From Candidatus Nealsonbacteria bacterium (GTDB taxonomy: Bacteria > Patescibacteriota > Minisyncoccia > Minisyncoccales > JANBVM01), in NCBI GenBank assembly GCA_047456295.1, contig CP179887.1:367159-431158 (forward strand): 64,000 nucleotides of DNA, in the 5' to 3' direction. The notes beneath the pieces were generated by a model. The model had not been told where the DNA came from. It made no database searches and was given only the letters and a program-made list of their open reading frames with translations. Below are positions 45,798 through 54,497 of this stretch, one piece after another; the stretch's first letter is position 1; every line of letters begins with the position of its first letter. The translations under genes were made by a program, and so were the position numbers.

Positions 45798-46376
45798 TCA
45801 TAAGTTATTATTGAATTTTAATTCCTTCATTACTTCATCCCGAACTAAAAGAGAAGCAGCTTCTAAGATAACCCTAACATTTATACTATTTTTGAAAGCA
45901 TGATCTTTAATGGGTTTCATCATTGGGTCATCGATTAGATCATTTAGCAATACATTTTTAGAATATTCCTGAATATCATAATTTGTTTGAGGTCTGTGAG
46001 ATTTAACCGCATTGATAATTTTATCTCTATTTTCTTTAAAAACTTTAGGAAAACCACTCTCATTAACAAGTTTTTTACCATAATCAGTCAAAACAAGAGG
46101 ACTACCAGGTTTCATAGTTAAAAGATGGAGGATCTCCCGTCCTTGTTCTTCAAAATAAGGTTTAAGAAATGATTGAATTTCTGCAATGGCATTGTTTAAT
46201 TGATTTAATGCTCCTGTTAAATCCGTTTTAAGAAAATTAAAACAAATAATTAGTATAAAGAATAAGAATAGTATAATTACGGCACTATTAATATTAATAA
46301 TATTTGTAACAACAAGACCAAAAACAGATCCTATAACAAGTACGATTCCGCCTATAATTGTAAATAATTCATTCAT
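45798..46376 (-). CDS. Hypothetical membrane-anchored protein (192 aa; 2 N-terminal TM plus soluble domain)
   Basis: ATG start, N-terminal hydrophobic helices, C-terminal domain of about 120 aa with no family recognised. Confidence 0.55.
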   Translation of the reverse strand: MNELFTIIGGIVLVIGSVFGLVVTNIININSAVIILFLFFILIICFNFLKTDLTGALNQLNNAIAEIQSFLKPYFEEQGREILHLLTMKPGSPLVLTDYGKKLVNESGFPKVFKENRDKIINAVKSHRPQTNYDIQEYSKNVLLNDLIDDPMMKPIKDHAFKNSINVRVILEAASLLVRDEVMKELKFNNNL

Positions 46377-46646
46377 TTTAACAAAAATTAAAAAACGGCC
46401 CTCTTTTATTTCAGGATATTGGCCGCAAAAAGGATTGTTTTAATAAAATCCTTCATCAATTTCATTATTAAAAAATCGGAAGTCATTGTCAAGCAAAAAT
46501 AAGGAGGAAATCTATTTTTTTCTCGCATATTGATTACTCTTCATTTGTATAGAACGAAGTTTATAGCCACATTTACGAGAATAGCATTTTATTCTCTTGT
46601 GAGCACGAGGCACCTCAAACGCTTTATTATAAATAAGGGTAGCTAT

Positions 46647-48371
46647 CTACATCTTTTCTAAGACCATAATCCCTAAGAGATTTAAGCCGTTTTTAACGAT
46701 TTGACAGGTTCCATTAACCAAAGCCAAACGGGCCATCTTTAATTTTTTGGTCTCTGCTTTTAACACAGGTAAAGATTCATAAAAAGCATTAAAGGTTTGG
46801 GTCAATTCAAAAAGAAAGTTAGAAATTAGATTTGGGCTGTAGCTTATTGCTGCTCGCTCAACCACTTCTGGAAACTGAGATAACAATTTCAATAATGTAA
46901 TTTCCTTTTCTTCTTTCAACTCTATTTCTTTAAACTCCTGTTCTTTGATTTTTGACTTCCTTAAAACGCTACGAGCCCTGGCATAAGCGTACTGAAGATA
47001 GGGGCCAGAATTGCCCTCTAAAGAAATTGATTCATTAATATCAAAAAGCATAGCTGTCAGTGGCCTTATTTTCAAGAATGAATATTTTACTGCTCCAACA
47101 GCTATTATTTCTGCCGAATCATTAGGAATATTGCTAAAATTTTCTTGAATCCTTTTTTTTACTTCATCTAAAAGCCATTGACCCTTTATAATATTCCCTT
47201 TTCTGGAACTCATTTTTCCTTGTTTAAGACTTACCCACCCAGAGACAAGGTGGTATTCTTTTCCCTTGGTATAAGGAAAGACTTGAGTTAAAGCCTTAAA
47301 AACAACCTGGAAATATTCTTTTTGCTCTGGCCCGACATTATGAATAACTAAATCAGGCTTGTATTCTTTAAACTGCAGTCTTCCCAGCTCCATGTCTTTT
47401 GCTTCATAAGTAGGGTTGCCTTCAGAAGTTATGAAAACCCTGTCATGTAAGCCATATCTTGAACCAGGAAATATGACAGCTCCCTTGCTTTTAATAAAGG
47501 TTCCTTTTTTTAAAGCTTTTAAAACAATATCTTTTCCTGGTTGAGCAACTTCTCCTTCAAAATAGTATCTGTCAAAATGAGTGTAAACCCTTTTATATAT
47601 GTTTTCAAAATAATCCAAACTCCACTTTCTTGTTTTCTGCCAGAGATCTTTAATTTCAGGATCTTTATCATATATCTGATTGTTGATTTTTAAAATTGTC
47701 TCCTTTGCCTTCTCATCTTCCTCATAGGCTTTGTTGCCAGCAACATAATACTTTCCTAGAAAATCAACTTTTTCGTTTATGGTTTTTAGTTGATTAATTT
47801 TAGCTTCTAAATCCTTTATCTCTTTCATTGCCCACAAGCACTTGGCAATATGAAGACCAACATCTCCCTGATAATTTGCTCTGATTATTTTAAAACCAGA
47901 AGTTTCCAAGATTCTTGCTATTGCCTCACCATTGGTAATGTTTCGTAAATGACCGATATGGAAGAGTTTGTGGGTGTTTGGATGAGCATACTCAACCATT
48001 ACTGTTCTGCCTTTTCCAATATTGCCTGAACCATAATGTTTCTTCTCTTTTAAAATCTTCTTGAGCTCGTTTGTAAAAACACTCCTTGAAATAAAAAAAT
48101 TAATAAAACCAGGTTTGACAATTTCAACCTTCTCAAAGATTGGAGAATCTAAAGCTTGAATTTTGAGTTTTATTAATCGTGCTGTCTCCATCGGGTCTTT
48201 CTTAGTTTTTTCAGCAATCCTCATTGCAAGGTTTGTCGTGTAATCTCCGTGAGACTTTATCTGGGGATGTTTAATGTTAATCTTGGAAAGGTCAAATTCG
48301 GGAAAAACCCCTTCTTTTTGAAGGTCTTTTATGACTTTCTTTATTGAATTTAATATTTCTTCTCTTAACAT
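46647..48371 (-). CDS. argS: Arginyl-tRNA synthetase
   Basis: HIGHLRN motif, N-terminal Add-1 domain, C-terminal DALR anticodon-binding domain ending in the canonical ...M. Confidence 0.93.
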   Translation of the reverse strand: MLREEILNSIKKVIKDLQKEGVFPEFDLSKINIKHPQIKSHGDYTTNLAMRIAEKTKKDPMETARLIKLKIQALDSPIFEKVEIVKPGFINFFISRSVFTNELKKILKEKKHYGSGNIGKGRTVMVEYAHPNTHKLFHIGHLRNITNGEAIARILETSGFKIIRANYQGDVGLHIAKCLWAMKEIKDLEAKINQLKTINEKVDFLGKYYVAGNKAYEEDEKAKETILKINNQIYDKDPEIKDLWQKTRKWSLDYFENIYKRVYTHFDRYYFEGEVAQPGKDIVLKALKKGTFIKSKGAVIFPGSRYGLHDRVFITSEGNPTYEAKDMELGRLQFKEYKPDLVIHNVGPEQKEYFQVVFKALTQVFPYTKGKEYHLVSGWVSLKQGKMSSRKGNIIKGQWLLDEVKKRIQENFSNIPNDSAEIIAVGAVKYSFLKIRPLTAMLFDINESISLEGNSGPYLQYAYARARSVLRKSKIKEQEFKEIELKEEKEITLLKLLSQFPEVVERAAISYSPNLISNFLFELTQTFNAFYESLPVLKAETKKLKMARLALVNGTCQIVKNGLNLLGIMVLEKM

Positions 48372-48383
48372 GAAAAGGCAACT

Positions 48384-49667
48384 TTAAATATTTTTTTCTA
48401 AAATCTCTTTAGCTCTTCCAAGTTCAATCCTTTTTTCTCTAATCATTTTATTGGCTACCTTTTCAATCATTTTTCCTTTTGCTCCAGCTTCCATAGCAAT
48501 GTTTTTGGCATGCAACCTCATATGACCTGACTGAATTCCTTCTACAACCAAAGCTCTTAAGGCCCCCAGATTTTGAACCAAACCAACAGAAGCTATCACC
48601 TGAGCAAGTTCTTGAGCTGATTTAATCTTTAAAATCTTCAAGGAAATCTTGCTTATTGGATGAATCTTGATTATTCCCCCCAATATTCCAATTGTTATAG
48701 GAACCGTCATTTCACCGACCAAATCTCCCTGTTTATTCTTTCTCCAGCGAGCCAAAGGTAAATATCTTCCTGATTTGGCAGCAAAGCCATGAGCTCCTGC
48801 TTCAAGTGCCCGCCAGTCATTTCCAGTAGCCAAAGCCACTGCTCCCATTCCATTTAAAATTCCTTTGTTATTAGTAACAGCCCGATAGATATCAATATCA
48901 GCTATGGCTTGAGCCTTAACAATCCTCTGGATTACTTCTTTACCTGAAAAACCTTTCATTGTTAAAGCTTTTTTTGTCACCATTGCTTTTACCTTTACCA
49001 ATCTCTTTTCAGCTAAATTGGAAACTATTTTCAAAAGAGCTTCCCTTCCTACAATCTTTTCAATCAATGGCGCTGTTCCTTCAATTATTGTATTTACTGT
49101 ATTAGCTCCCATAGCGTCTCTGGTATCTATCAATAAATGAATCCTTAAAACTGAACCTATCTCTTGGCTTTTAAAAAGCTTCACCTCCAGACCCCTTACT
49201 CCTCCCCCTATTTTTACCAAATCAGGTTTCTGCTGATTGGCAATTTTTAAAATTTCTTGTTTGTTTTTTAAAATCCTTAGCTTTGCTCTTTTGGGATTTT
49301 TCAAATCAACAACATAAATCTGACCTATCATTAAATTTCCTAAATTCTCAGCTGATATACCCCCGCTCTCCCTTGTCAATCTTGCACCATAACAGGCAGC
49401 AGCTACCACTGAAGACTCTTCAGTAACCATTGGTACAAGATATTCTTTTTTATTAATGAGAAAGTTTACAGCAATAGAATATGGAAGAGGAAAGGTACCA
49501 ATAACGTTTTCAACCATTCTATCCCTTATTTCTGAATCAAAAATCCCTTTTTCAATTATTTTAACTTCTTTATTAGTTAAATCAGCAAAATCTTTAACTA
49601 TTTCAATTTTTTTCTTTCTGGATAGTTTAAAAAATCCAGGAATCCTACTGCTTTTCTTTCTTTTCAT
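48384..49667 (-). CDS. Hydroxymethylglutaryl-CoA reductase (class II type)
   Basis: About 427 aa with no membrane domain; EESSVVAAA, DAMGANTVN, GTVGG-like (IGILGG) and ...HMRLHAKN motifs. Confidence 0.85.
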   Translation of the reverse strand: MKRKKSSRIPGFFKLSRKKKIEIVKDFADLTNKEVKIIEKGIFDSEIRDRMVENVIGTFPLPYSIAVNFLINKKEYLVPMVTEESSVVAAACYGARLTRESGGISAENLGNLMIGQIYVVDLKNPKRAKLRILKNKQEILKIANQQKPDLVKIGGGVRGLEVKLFKSQEIGSVLRIHLLIDTRDAMGANTVNTIIEGTAPLIEKIVGREALLKIVSNLAEKRLVKVKAMVTKKALTMKGFSGKEVIQRIVKAQAIADIDIYRAVTNNKGILNGMGAVALATGNDWRALEAGAHGFAAKSGRYLPLARWRKNKQGDLVGEMTVPITIGILGGIIKIHPISKISLKILKIKSAQELAQVIASVGLVQNLGALRALVVEGIQSGHMRLHAKNIAMEAGAKGKMIEKVANKMIREKRIELGRAKEILEKNI

Positions 49668-49747
49668 ATTTTAATAAAATGTATCCCTCAATCTTATTGA
49701 AGGCTTGTCAATTTAAGCTTATCTAATTTTTCTGTTAAAATCAAAGT

Positions 49748-49830
49748 ATGAAAGAAATTACCAGAAATAAAAAAGCCTAGTTTGATCATAAAATCTTGAA
49801 AAAGTCCATAGCTGGAATTTCTTTGATGAG
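49748..49830 (+). pseudogene. Decayed duplicate of the smpB 5' end
   Basis: ATGAAAGAAATTACCAGAAATAAAAAAGCCTAG... matches smpB 50363-50445: 31 of the first 32 nt are identical and, by hand count, roughly three quarters overall. There is an in-frame TAG at codon 11. It is preceded by TGtTAAAAT at 49733-49741. Confidence 0.8.
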
Positions 49831-49842
49831 AAAACAAACAAT

Positions 49843-49871
49843 TTGACAAATATTACTTTAGAAATTATCAT
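49843..49871 (+). promoter_or_regulatory. Consensus-like promoter of the toxin-antitoxin cassette (TTGACA-17 nt-TATCAT), -10 ends 7 nt before the ATG
   Basis: TTGACAaatattactttagaaatTATCATaaagttgATG read directly. Confidence 0.55.
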
Positions 49872-49878
49872 AAAGTTG

Positions 49879-50100
49879 ATGAGTCAAAAAACTTTAGAAA
49901 AAATAAATCGAGAAATTTCTAATCTCAAGGGAGAAATGAAAATCTTTCGTTCTCTTATTATTGGACTTTTAGGTAAAGATCGAGAAGGAGAATATAGATC
50001 AGAATTTGTAAAAAAAATTTTAAGGCTCTCTAAAAAAAGAGCAGGTTTTGCCTTTAAAAATGCTGAATCTTTCCTGAAACAAATCCAAAAAAGCTTATGA
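49879..50100 (+). CDS. Putative antitoxin (73 aa)
   Basis: Small ORF immediately upstream of, and overlapping (ATGA), a RelE/ParE-family toxin. The antitoxin family was not recognised. The ORF-track start at 49843 is the TTG of the -35 box. Confidence 0.6.
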   Translation: MSQKTLEKINREISNLKGEMKIFRSLIIGLLGKDREGEYRSEFVKKILRLSKKRAGFAFKNAESFLKQIQKSL

Positions 50101-50366
50101 TTCGAATAATCTATAGTAAGCACTTTTTAAGGGAAACTAAAAAATTCCCCACAAATATTCAGACAAAGCTCGCAGAACAATTAGAGCTCTTACAACAGAA
50201 TCCTTTTCATTCCTTTTTACACACTAAATCTTTAACCGGTCGACTAGCCGGTTTTTATTCGTTTAGAATTACTCGGGATTGGCGGGTGATTTTTCAATTT
50301 AAGAAACCAGAGATTATAAAGTTAATTGGAATTGGTCATCGTAAAGATATTTATAAAGAAAAGTGA
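50097..50366 (+). CDS. RelE/ParE-superfamily toxin (89 aa)
   Basis: ...LTGRLAGFYSFRITRDWRVIFQFKKPEIIKLIGIGHRKDIY matches the RelE/StbE-type consensus (R-x-G-D/x-Y/W-R-hydrophobic-I, ...GHRKDIY). Confidence 0.8.
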   Translation: MIRIIYSKHFLRETKKFPTNIQTKLAEQLELLQQNPFHSFLHTKSLTGRLAGFYSFRITRDWRVIFQFKKPEIIKLIGIGHRKDIYKEK

Positions 50367-50815
50367 AAGAAATTACCAGAAATAAAAAAGCCTACTTTAA
50401 TTATGAAATCCTGAAGAAATTTGAGGCAGGGATTTCTTTAATTGGCCAGGAGGTAAAATCAATAAAATCAGGAAGAATAAACCTGAAGGGAACTTATGTA
50501 ATATTAAAAGACCAAGAGGTCTTCTTGGTGGGAGCCAATATCCCTCCTTACCAGCCCAAAAACGCCCCCCCTGATTATAATCCCAAGAGGTCAAGGAAGC
50601 TTTTGCTTAAAAAGCCTGAAATCAAGTATTTAATCGGCAAAACAAAGCAAAAAGGTTTGACAATTGTGCCTTTAAGGGTTTATACTATAAAAAGAAAAAT
50701 AAAGTTAGAGTTTGCTCTGGCCAAAGGAAAGAAACAATTTGACAAGAGAGAAATAATCAAAAAAAGAGAAACAGAAAGGGATATAAGGAAAATAATAAAG
50801 GGAGAAAAACCTTAA
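50363..50815 (+). CDS. smpB: SsrA-binding protein
   Basis: NKKAYFNYEILKKFEAGISLIGQEVKSIK pattern. GTG start overlaps the toxin TGA (GTGA). The tmRNA gene lies 22 nt downstream. Confidence 0.9.
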   Translation: MKEITRNKKAYFNYEILKKFEAGISLIGQEVKSIKSGRINLKGTYVILKDQEVFLVGANIPPYQPKNAPPDYNPKRSRKLLLKKPEIKYLIGKTKQKGLTIVPLRVYTIKRKIKLEFALAKGKKQFDKREIIKKRETERDIRKIIKGEKP

Positions 50816-50837
50816 GGGCTGCAATCAAGAAAATATT

Positions 50838-51176
50838 GGGGGTGACATGTTTCGACAGAAATTTAACCAAGAAAGGCAGGTGGAGTATTCTCAAATCTCC
50901 TAAAACTTTGAGAAAAAAATAAGTGCCAACTTATTTCAAAAACCTGCATTAGCTTACGTCTAATGCCATCTGCCTTATTGATTCTCGATAAGTAAGGTCA
51001 GGTGTCATATATCGAGATAGATAGTTTTTAAAGACCTAGAAAAGCTATTGAAAAAACAGGTCAAAAGCAGAGAAATTTTGTCCAATTTAAATTTTCTGTT
51101 ATTCTTTAATTGGAATAAACTTGTAGAACTGCCTTGGTGATAATTTTTGGACGCGAGTTCATCCTCGCCACCTCCA
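50838..51176 (+). ncRNA. ssrA: tmRNA (SsrA)
   Basis: 5' GGGGGTGACATGTTTCGACAG pairs with 3' CACCTCC, giving a G3:U wobble. T arm GCGAG-TTCATCC-CTCGC. PK1 is formed by GGAG/CTCC plus TCTCAAA/TTTGAGA. The tag frame is GCC AAC TTA TTT CAA AAA CCT GCA TTA GCT TAC GTC TAA (50925-50963), preceded by AAAAAAATAAGT, like E. coli AAAAAUAGUC. Confidence 0.85.
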
Positions 51177-51183
51177 CAAAACC

Positions 51184-51714
51184 TTGATAAAAAAACCATT
51201 AGTCAACAATAGAATAAGGGCTCCTGAAATCAGATTAATTGACGATGCCGGAAAACAGGTAGGTATTGTTTCCTTGGAAAAAGCGCTCCAGATGGCTAGG
51301 GAGCGCAATTTAGATTTAATCCAGGTTACTGACAAGGCAGACCCTCCAGTCTGTAAAATAATGGATTACGGAAAATATCTTTACCGGCTCCAGAAAAAAG
51401 AAAAAAAAGTAAAAAAAAGTACCGGAATAAAGGGGATAAGGTTAAGATTCAACATATCTTCACACGATTTGGAAACAAGAGTTCTCCAAGCAGAAAAGTT
51501 TCTAAAAAAAGGAAATAAAGTAAAGGTGGAAATGGTTTTAAGGGGAAGAGAAAAAAGGCTTTCTAGGTTTGCCAAAGAGAAAGTAAGTCAATTTATCGAG
51601 GATTTAAAAAAGAGGATTCCGATAAAACCCGAGGGGGAATTAAAAAGAACTCCCAGGGGTTTCATAATAATTATTTCAAGCAGTAAAGAACAACAAACAA
51701 CAAAAGACAATTAA
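51184..51714 (+). CDS. infC: Translation initiation factor IF-3
   Basis: NNRIRAPEIRLIDDAGKQVG and the YGKYLY...KKQK linker; non-ATG (TTG) start as is common for infC; infC-rpmI-rplT order. Confidence 0.9.
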   Translation: MIKKPLVNNRIRAPEIRLIDDAGKQVGIVSLEKALQMARERNLDLIQVTDKADPPVCKIMDYGKYLYRLQKKEKKVKKSTGIKGIRLRFNISSHDLETRVLQAEKFLKKGNKVKVEMVLRGREKRLSRFAKEKVSQFIEDLKKRIPIKPEGELKRTPRGFIIIISSSKEQQTTKDN

Positions 51715-51726
51715 TTATTTCTAACC

Positions 51727-51912
51727 ATGAAAACAAGAAAATCTGTTCTAAAACGCTTTAAATTCACTAAAACCGGCAAGGTCCTAAGAAGACAAACCGG
51801 TCTTGATCATTATCGAGCAAAAAAATCAGGGAAGATAAAAAGAAAAAAAAGAAAATTGGTAGAAGTATCGAAATCTGAGGCAAAAAAAATTAAAAAATTA
51901 TTATATACTTAA
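51727..51912 (+). CDS. rpmI: 50S ribosomal protein L35
   Basis: MKTRKSVLKRFKFTKTGKVLRR pattern; position between infC and rplT. Confidence 0.9.
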   Translation: MKTRKSVLKRFKFTKTGKVLRRQTGLDHYRAKKSGKIKRKKRKLVEVSKSEAKKIKKLLYT

Positions 51913-51917
51913 AACTT

Positions 51918-52265
51918 ATGGTTAGGGTAAAACGCGGCAAGACTGCTCACAAAAGAAGGAAACGGGTTTTGAAACAGACAAAAGGTTTTCTCTTGGGAAG
52001 GAAATCAAAATATCGCCTGGCAAAAGATGCCCTGTTTCATGCCTGGACCCACGCTTATCGGGACAGGAAAAAGAAAAAGAGGAGTTTTAGAGGTCTCTGG
52101 CAAATTCAGATTAATGCTGCCTGCAGAGAAAAAGGAATCTCTTATAGTAAATTCATTAATGGTTTGAAGAAAAATAAAATTGAAATTGACAGAAAGGTTT
52201 TATCAGAATTAGCTCGAAAACATCCAGAAATATTTGAAAAAATCGTAGAAAAGATAAAGAAATAA
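51918..52265 (+). CDS. rplT: 50S ribosomal protein L20
   Basis: MVRVKRGKTAHKRRKRVLKQTKGF... canonical bL20 N-terminus. Confidence 0.93.
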   Translation: MVRVKRGKTAHKRRKRVLKQTKGFLLGRKSKYRLAKDALFHAWTHAYRDRKKKKRSFRGLWQIQINAACREKGISYSKFINGLKKNKIEIDRKVLSELARKHPEIFEKIVEKIKK

Positions 52266-52285
52266 AAAGAGATGAAATCTTCTTT

Positions 52286-52711
52286 TTACTTTTCGCTATA
52301 TTTCCTAAGAAAGTTATTCACTTTCTTTAATGTCTCTTTGGCGTTTTTATGGGTTAACTTAATTAAAGCTTCTTTAAAAGGCGTCCATTCAAAATCTTTG
52401 TGTTCCCGGGAGAGCTTTATCTCTCTTGTTTTTGTTTCAACTAAGAAAAATACCACTGTCTTAAAAATAGTTTTACCTTTTAATTTATAAAAGTATTCTA
52501 TATTTTCTTCAAATCCTGGGATAAATTCTATGTCTTCAATTCCTGTTTCTTCTTTTATTTCTCTTTTTACTGTCTCTTTCATTTTCTCTCCTCTTTCAAT
52601 ATTCCCTTTTGGAAAATCCCAATGACCAGCTTGATAATACAAAAGAAGGTAACTTATATTACCTTTTTCTTTTCGGAAAACTACAGCTCCTGCTGACCTT
52701 TCAATTGGCAT
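52286..52711 (-). CDS. NUDIX hydrolase
   Basis: Nudix box GHWDFPKGNIERGEKMKETVKREIKEETG. Confidence 0.88.
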   Translation of the reverse strand: MPIERSAGAVVFRKEKGNISYLLLYYQAGHWDFPKGNIERGEKMKETVKREIKEETGIEDIEFIPGFEENIEYFYKLKGKTIFKTVVFFLVETKTREIKLSREHKDFEWTPFKEALIKLTHKNAKETLKKVNNFLRKYSEK

Positions 52712-52712
52712 A

Positions 52713-54437
52713 CTATTTAAAATATTTTAATAATTTGTTTAAGGGTTGGCTATTGATAATATCCTTTTTTTCTGCCCAGCCCCGCCGGGCTTGAGCAACC
52801 CCAAGCTCAATATATCTCATCTGGTCTCTGTGATGAGAATCAGTATTAATGACCATTTTAACCCCTGCTTCTTTGCATCTTTTAATATTCTGGTCATTTA
52901 AATCCAACCTCTGAGGAAAAGAATTAATCTCCAGGATAGCCCCAAATTCTTTTGCCGCTCTTAATATCTTATCAAAATCAATCTGGTATTCTTCTCTCTT
53001 TTTTAATAATCTTCCTGTGGGATGAGAAATAATATCAATATTTGGATTCTTTATTGCTCTGATGATTCTTTCTGTCATTTTCTTTCTGGACATTTTAAAA
53101 CTAGAGTGAATCCCGGCAATGGCATAATCTAATTTTTTTAAAGCCTCGTCTGTAATATCAATTGAACCGTCATTTAAAATATTTGTCTCAGCTCCCTGCA
53201 ATATTCTAAACCTTAAACCCTGCTTTTTAAATTTTTCATTCAACTTATCAATTTCCTTTCTTTGTAAACCCAATTGTTTTTCATTTAAGCCGTGTTCAAT
53301 TACTAAAAATTTTGTATGGTCTGAAATCCCTAAATAATCATAACCCATTTCCATTGCTTTTTTTGCCATCTCCAGGATTGAATGATGTCCTCCGTCCCAT
53401 TTTGAATGACAATGCAGGTCACCCTTAATATCTTTTAATTCAATCAGGCTCGGCAACTTCCCTTTAAGAGCTGCTTCAATCTCTCCCTGGTCTTCCCTTA
53501 ATTCAGGAGGAATCCACTGCATACCTAAGGCTTTATAAATCTGCTCTTCGGTTTTTCCGGCAATCATCTTTTGACCCTTAAATAATCCATATTCATTCAG
53601 TTTCAATCTTTTACTAATGGCAATTTTTCTGGTAACAATATTGTGTTCTTTAGAACCTGTAAAATACTGAAGAGCTGCTCCATAACTTTTTTCAGGGACA
53701 ACCCTCACATCTACATTAAAACCATCTTTCATTCTGACCGATGATTTGGTATGTCCTTTTCCCCAGACCTTGACGACTCCTGGTAAAGAAACAAAAAAAT
53801 CCATTACTTTCTTTGGATTTTTAGAAGCTATTAAAAAATCAGCATCACCAATAGTTTCTTTCATTCTTCTGAGAGAACCCACGGTAGTAATCTTTTTAAT
53901 CTCTTTAAAATTTTTTAACTTTTCGTAAATCTCTTTTACTATCGGTAAAATCTCACCCAACAAAACCCTGCCCTTGCTTTTTTTTAAAAATTCAATTGCC
54001 TCAAGAATATTTTTTTCTGTTTTTTCGCCGAATCTAAATAAAGGGGCTATTTTATGGGATTTAGCTGCCTTTTCTAAATCCTTTAAATTCTTAATTCCCA
54101 GTTTCTGGTATAAAACCTTGATTCTCTTTGGTCCCAATCCTTCCACAGCAGTGAGCTCTTCTAATTTAAGGGGCGTCTTTTTCTTCAGCTTCTCATAATA
54201 TTTTATTTTTCCGGTTTTAAGATATTCTACAATCCTTGAGGCAATAGCTTCTCCCACTCCAGGTATTTTCTTAAGCCCTTTTACTCCTTCTTTTTTATAG
54301 ATTCCCCCAATGTCTTGTTCTAAATTCTCCAAGGTAACAGCTGCTCTCTGATAAGCATAGGGTTTAAAAGGAACCTCTTCCATTTCTAAATACTCTGCAA
54401 TCAAATAGAATATTTTAGCAATTTCTAGATTCACCAT
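52713..54437 (-). CDS. polX: DNA polymerase X family protein with C-terminal PHP domain
   Basis: N-terminal HhH/8-kDa region (FKPYAYQRAA, IPGVGEAIA), pol-beta-like nucleotidyltransferase GSLRRMKETIGDADFL, PHP motif GDLHCHSKWDGG. Confidence 0.9.
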   Translation of the reverse strand: MVNLEIAKIFYLIAEYLEMEEVPFKPYAYQRAAVTLENLEQDIGGIYKKEGVKGLKKIPGVGEAIASRIVEYLKTGKIKYYEKLKKKTPLKLEELTAVEGLGPKRIKVLYQKLGIKNLKDLEKAAKSHKIAPLFRFGEKTEKNILEAIEFLKKSKGRVLLGEILPIVKEIYEKLKNFKEIKKITTVGSLRRMKETIGDADFLIASKNPKKVMDFFVSLPGVVKVWGKGHTKSSVRMKDGFNVDVRVVPEKSYGAALQYFTGSKEHNIVTRKIAISKRLKLNEYGLFKGQKMIAGKTEEQIYKALGMQWIPPELREDQGEIEAALKGKLPSLIELKDIKGDLHCHSKWDGGHHSILEMAKKAMEMGYDYLGISDHTKFLVIEHGLNEKQLGLQRKEIDKLNEKFKKQGLRFRILQGAETNILNDGSIDITDEALKKLDYAIAGIHSSFKMSRKKMTERIIRAIKNPNIDIISHPTGRLLKKREEYQIDFDKILRAAKEFGAILEINSFPQRLDLNDQNIKRCKEAGVKMVINTDSHHRDQMRYIELGVAQARRGWAEKKDIINSQPLNKLLKYFK

Positions 54438-54497
54438 ATCTAATAAAGATTTTTAAATTAAAAAAATATCCTCAATCCCAATTTACCCAACCATAGC

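Noticed and set aside
46512-46646. A 44-codon open frame continuing in-frame after the argS TAG stop (…IATLIYNKAFEVPRAHKRIKCYSRKCGYKLRSIQMKSNQYARKK), considered as stop-codon readthrough or recoding, or as a small basic protein gene.
   Set aside because: ArgRS already ends with its canonical C-terminal Met, so no extension is expected. The frame has no ATG or SD and matches no ribosomal or zinc-ribbon protein I recognise. An open stretch of this length can occur by chance. I cannot exclude a GTG-initiated 33-aa peptide.
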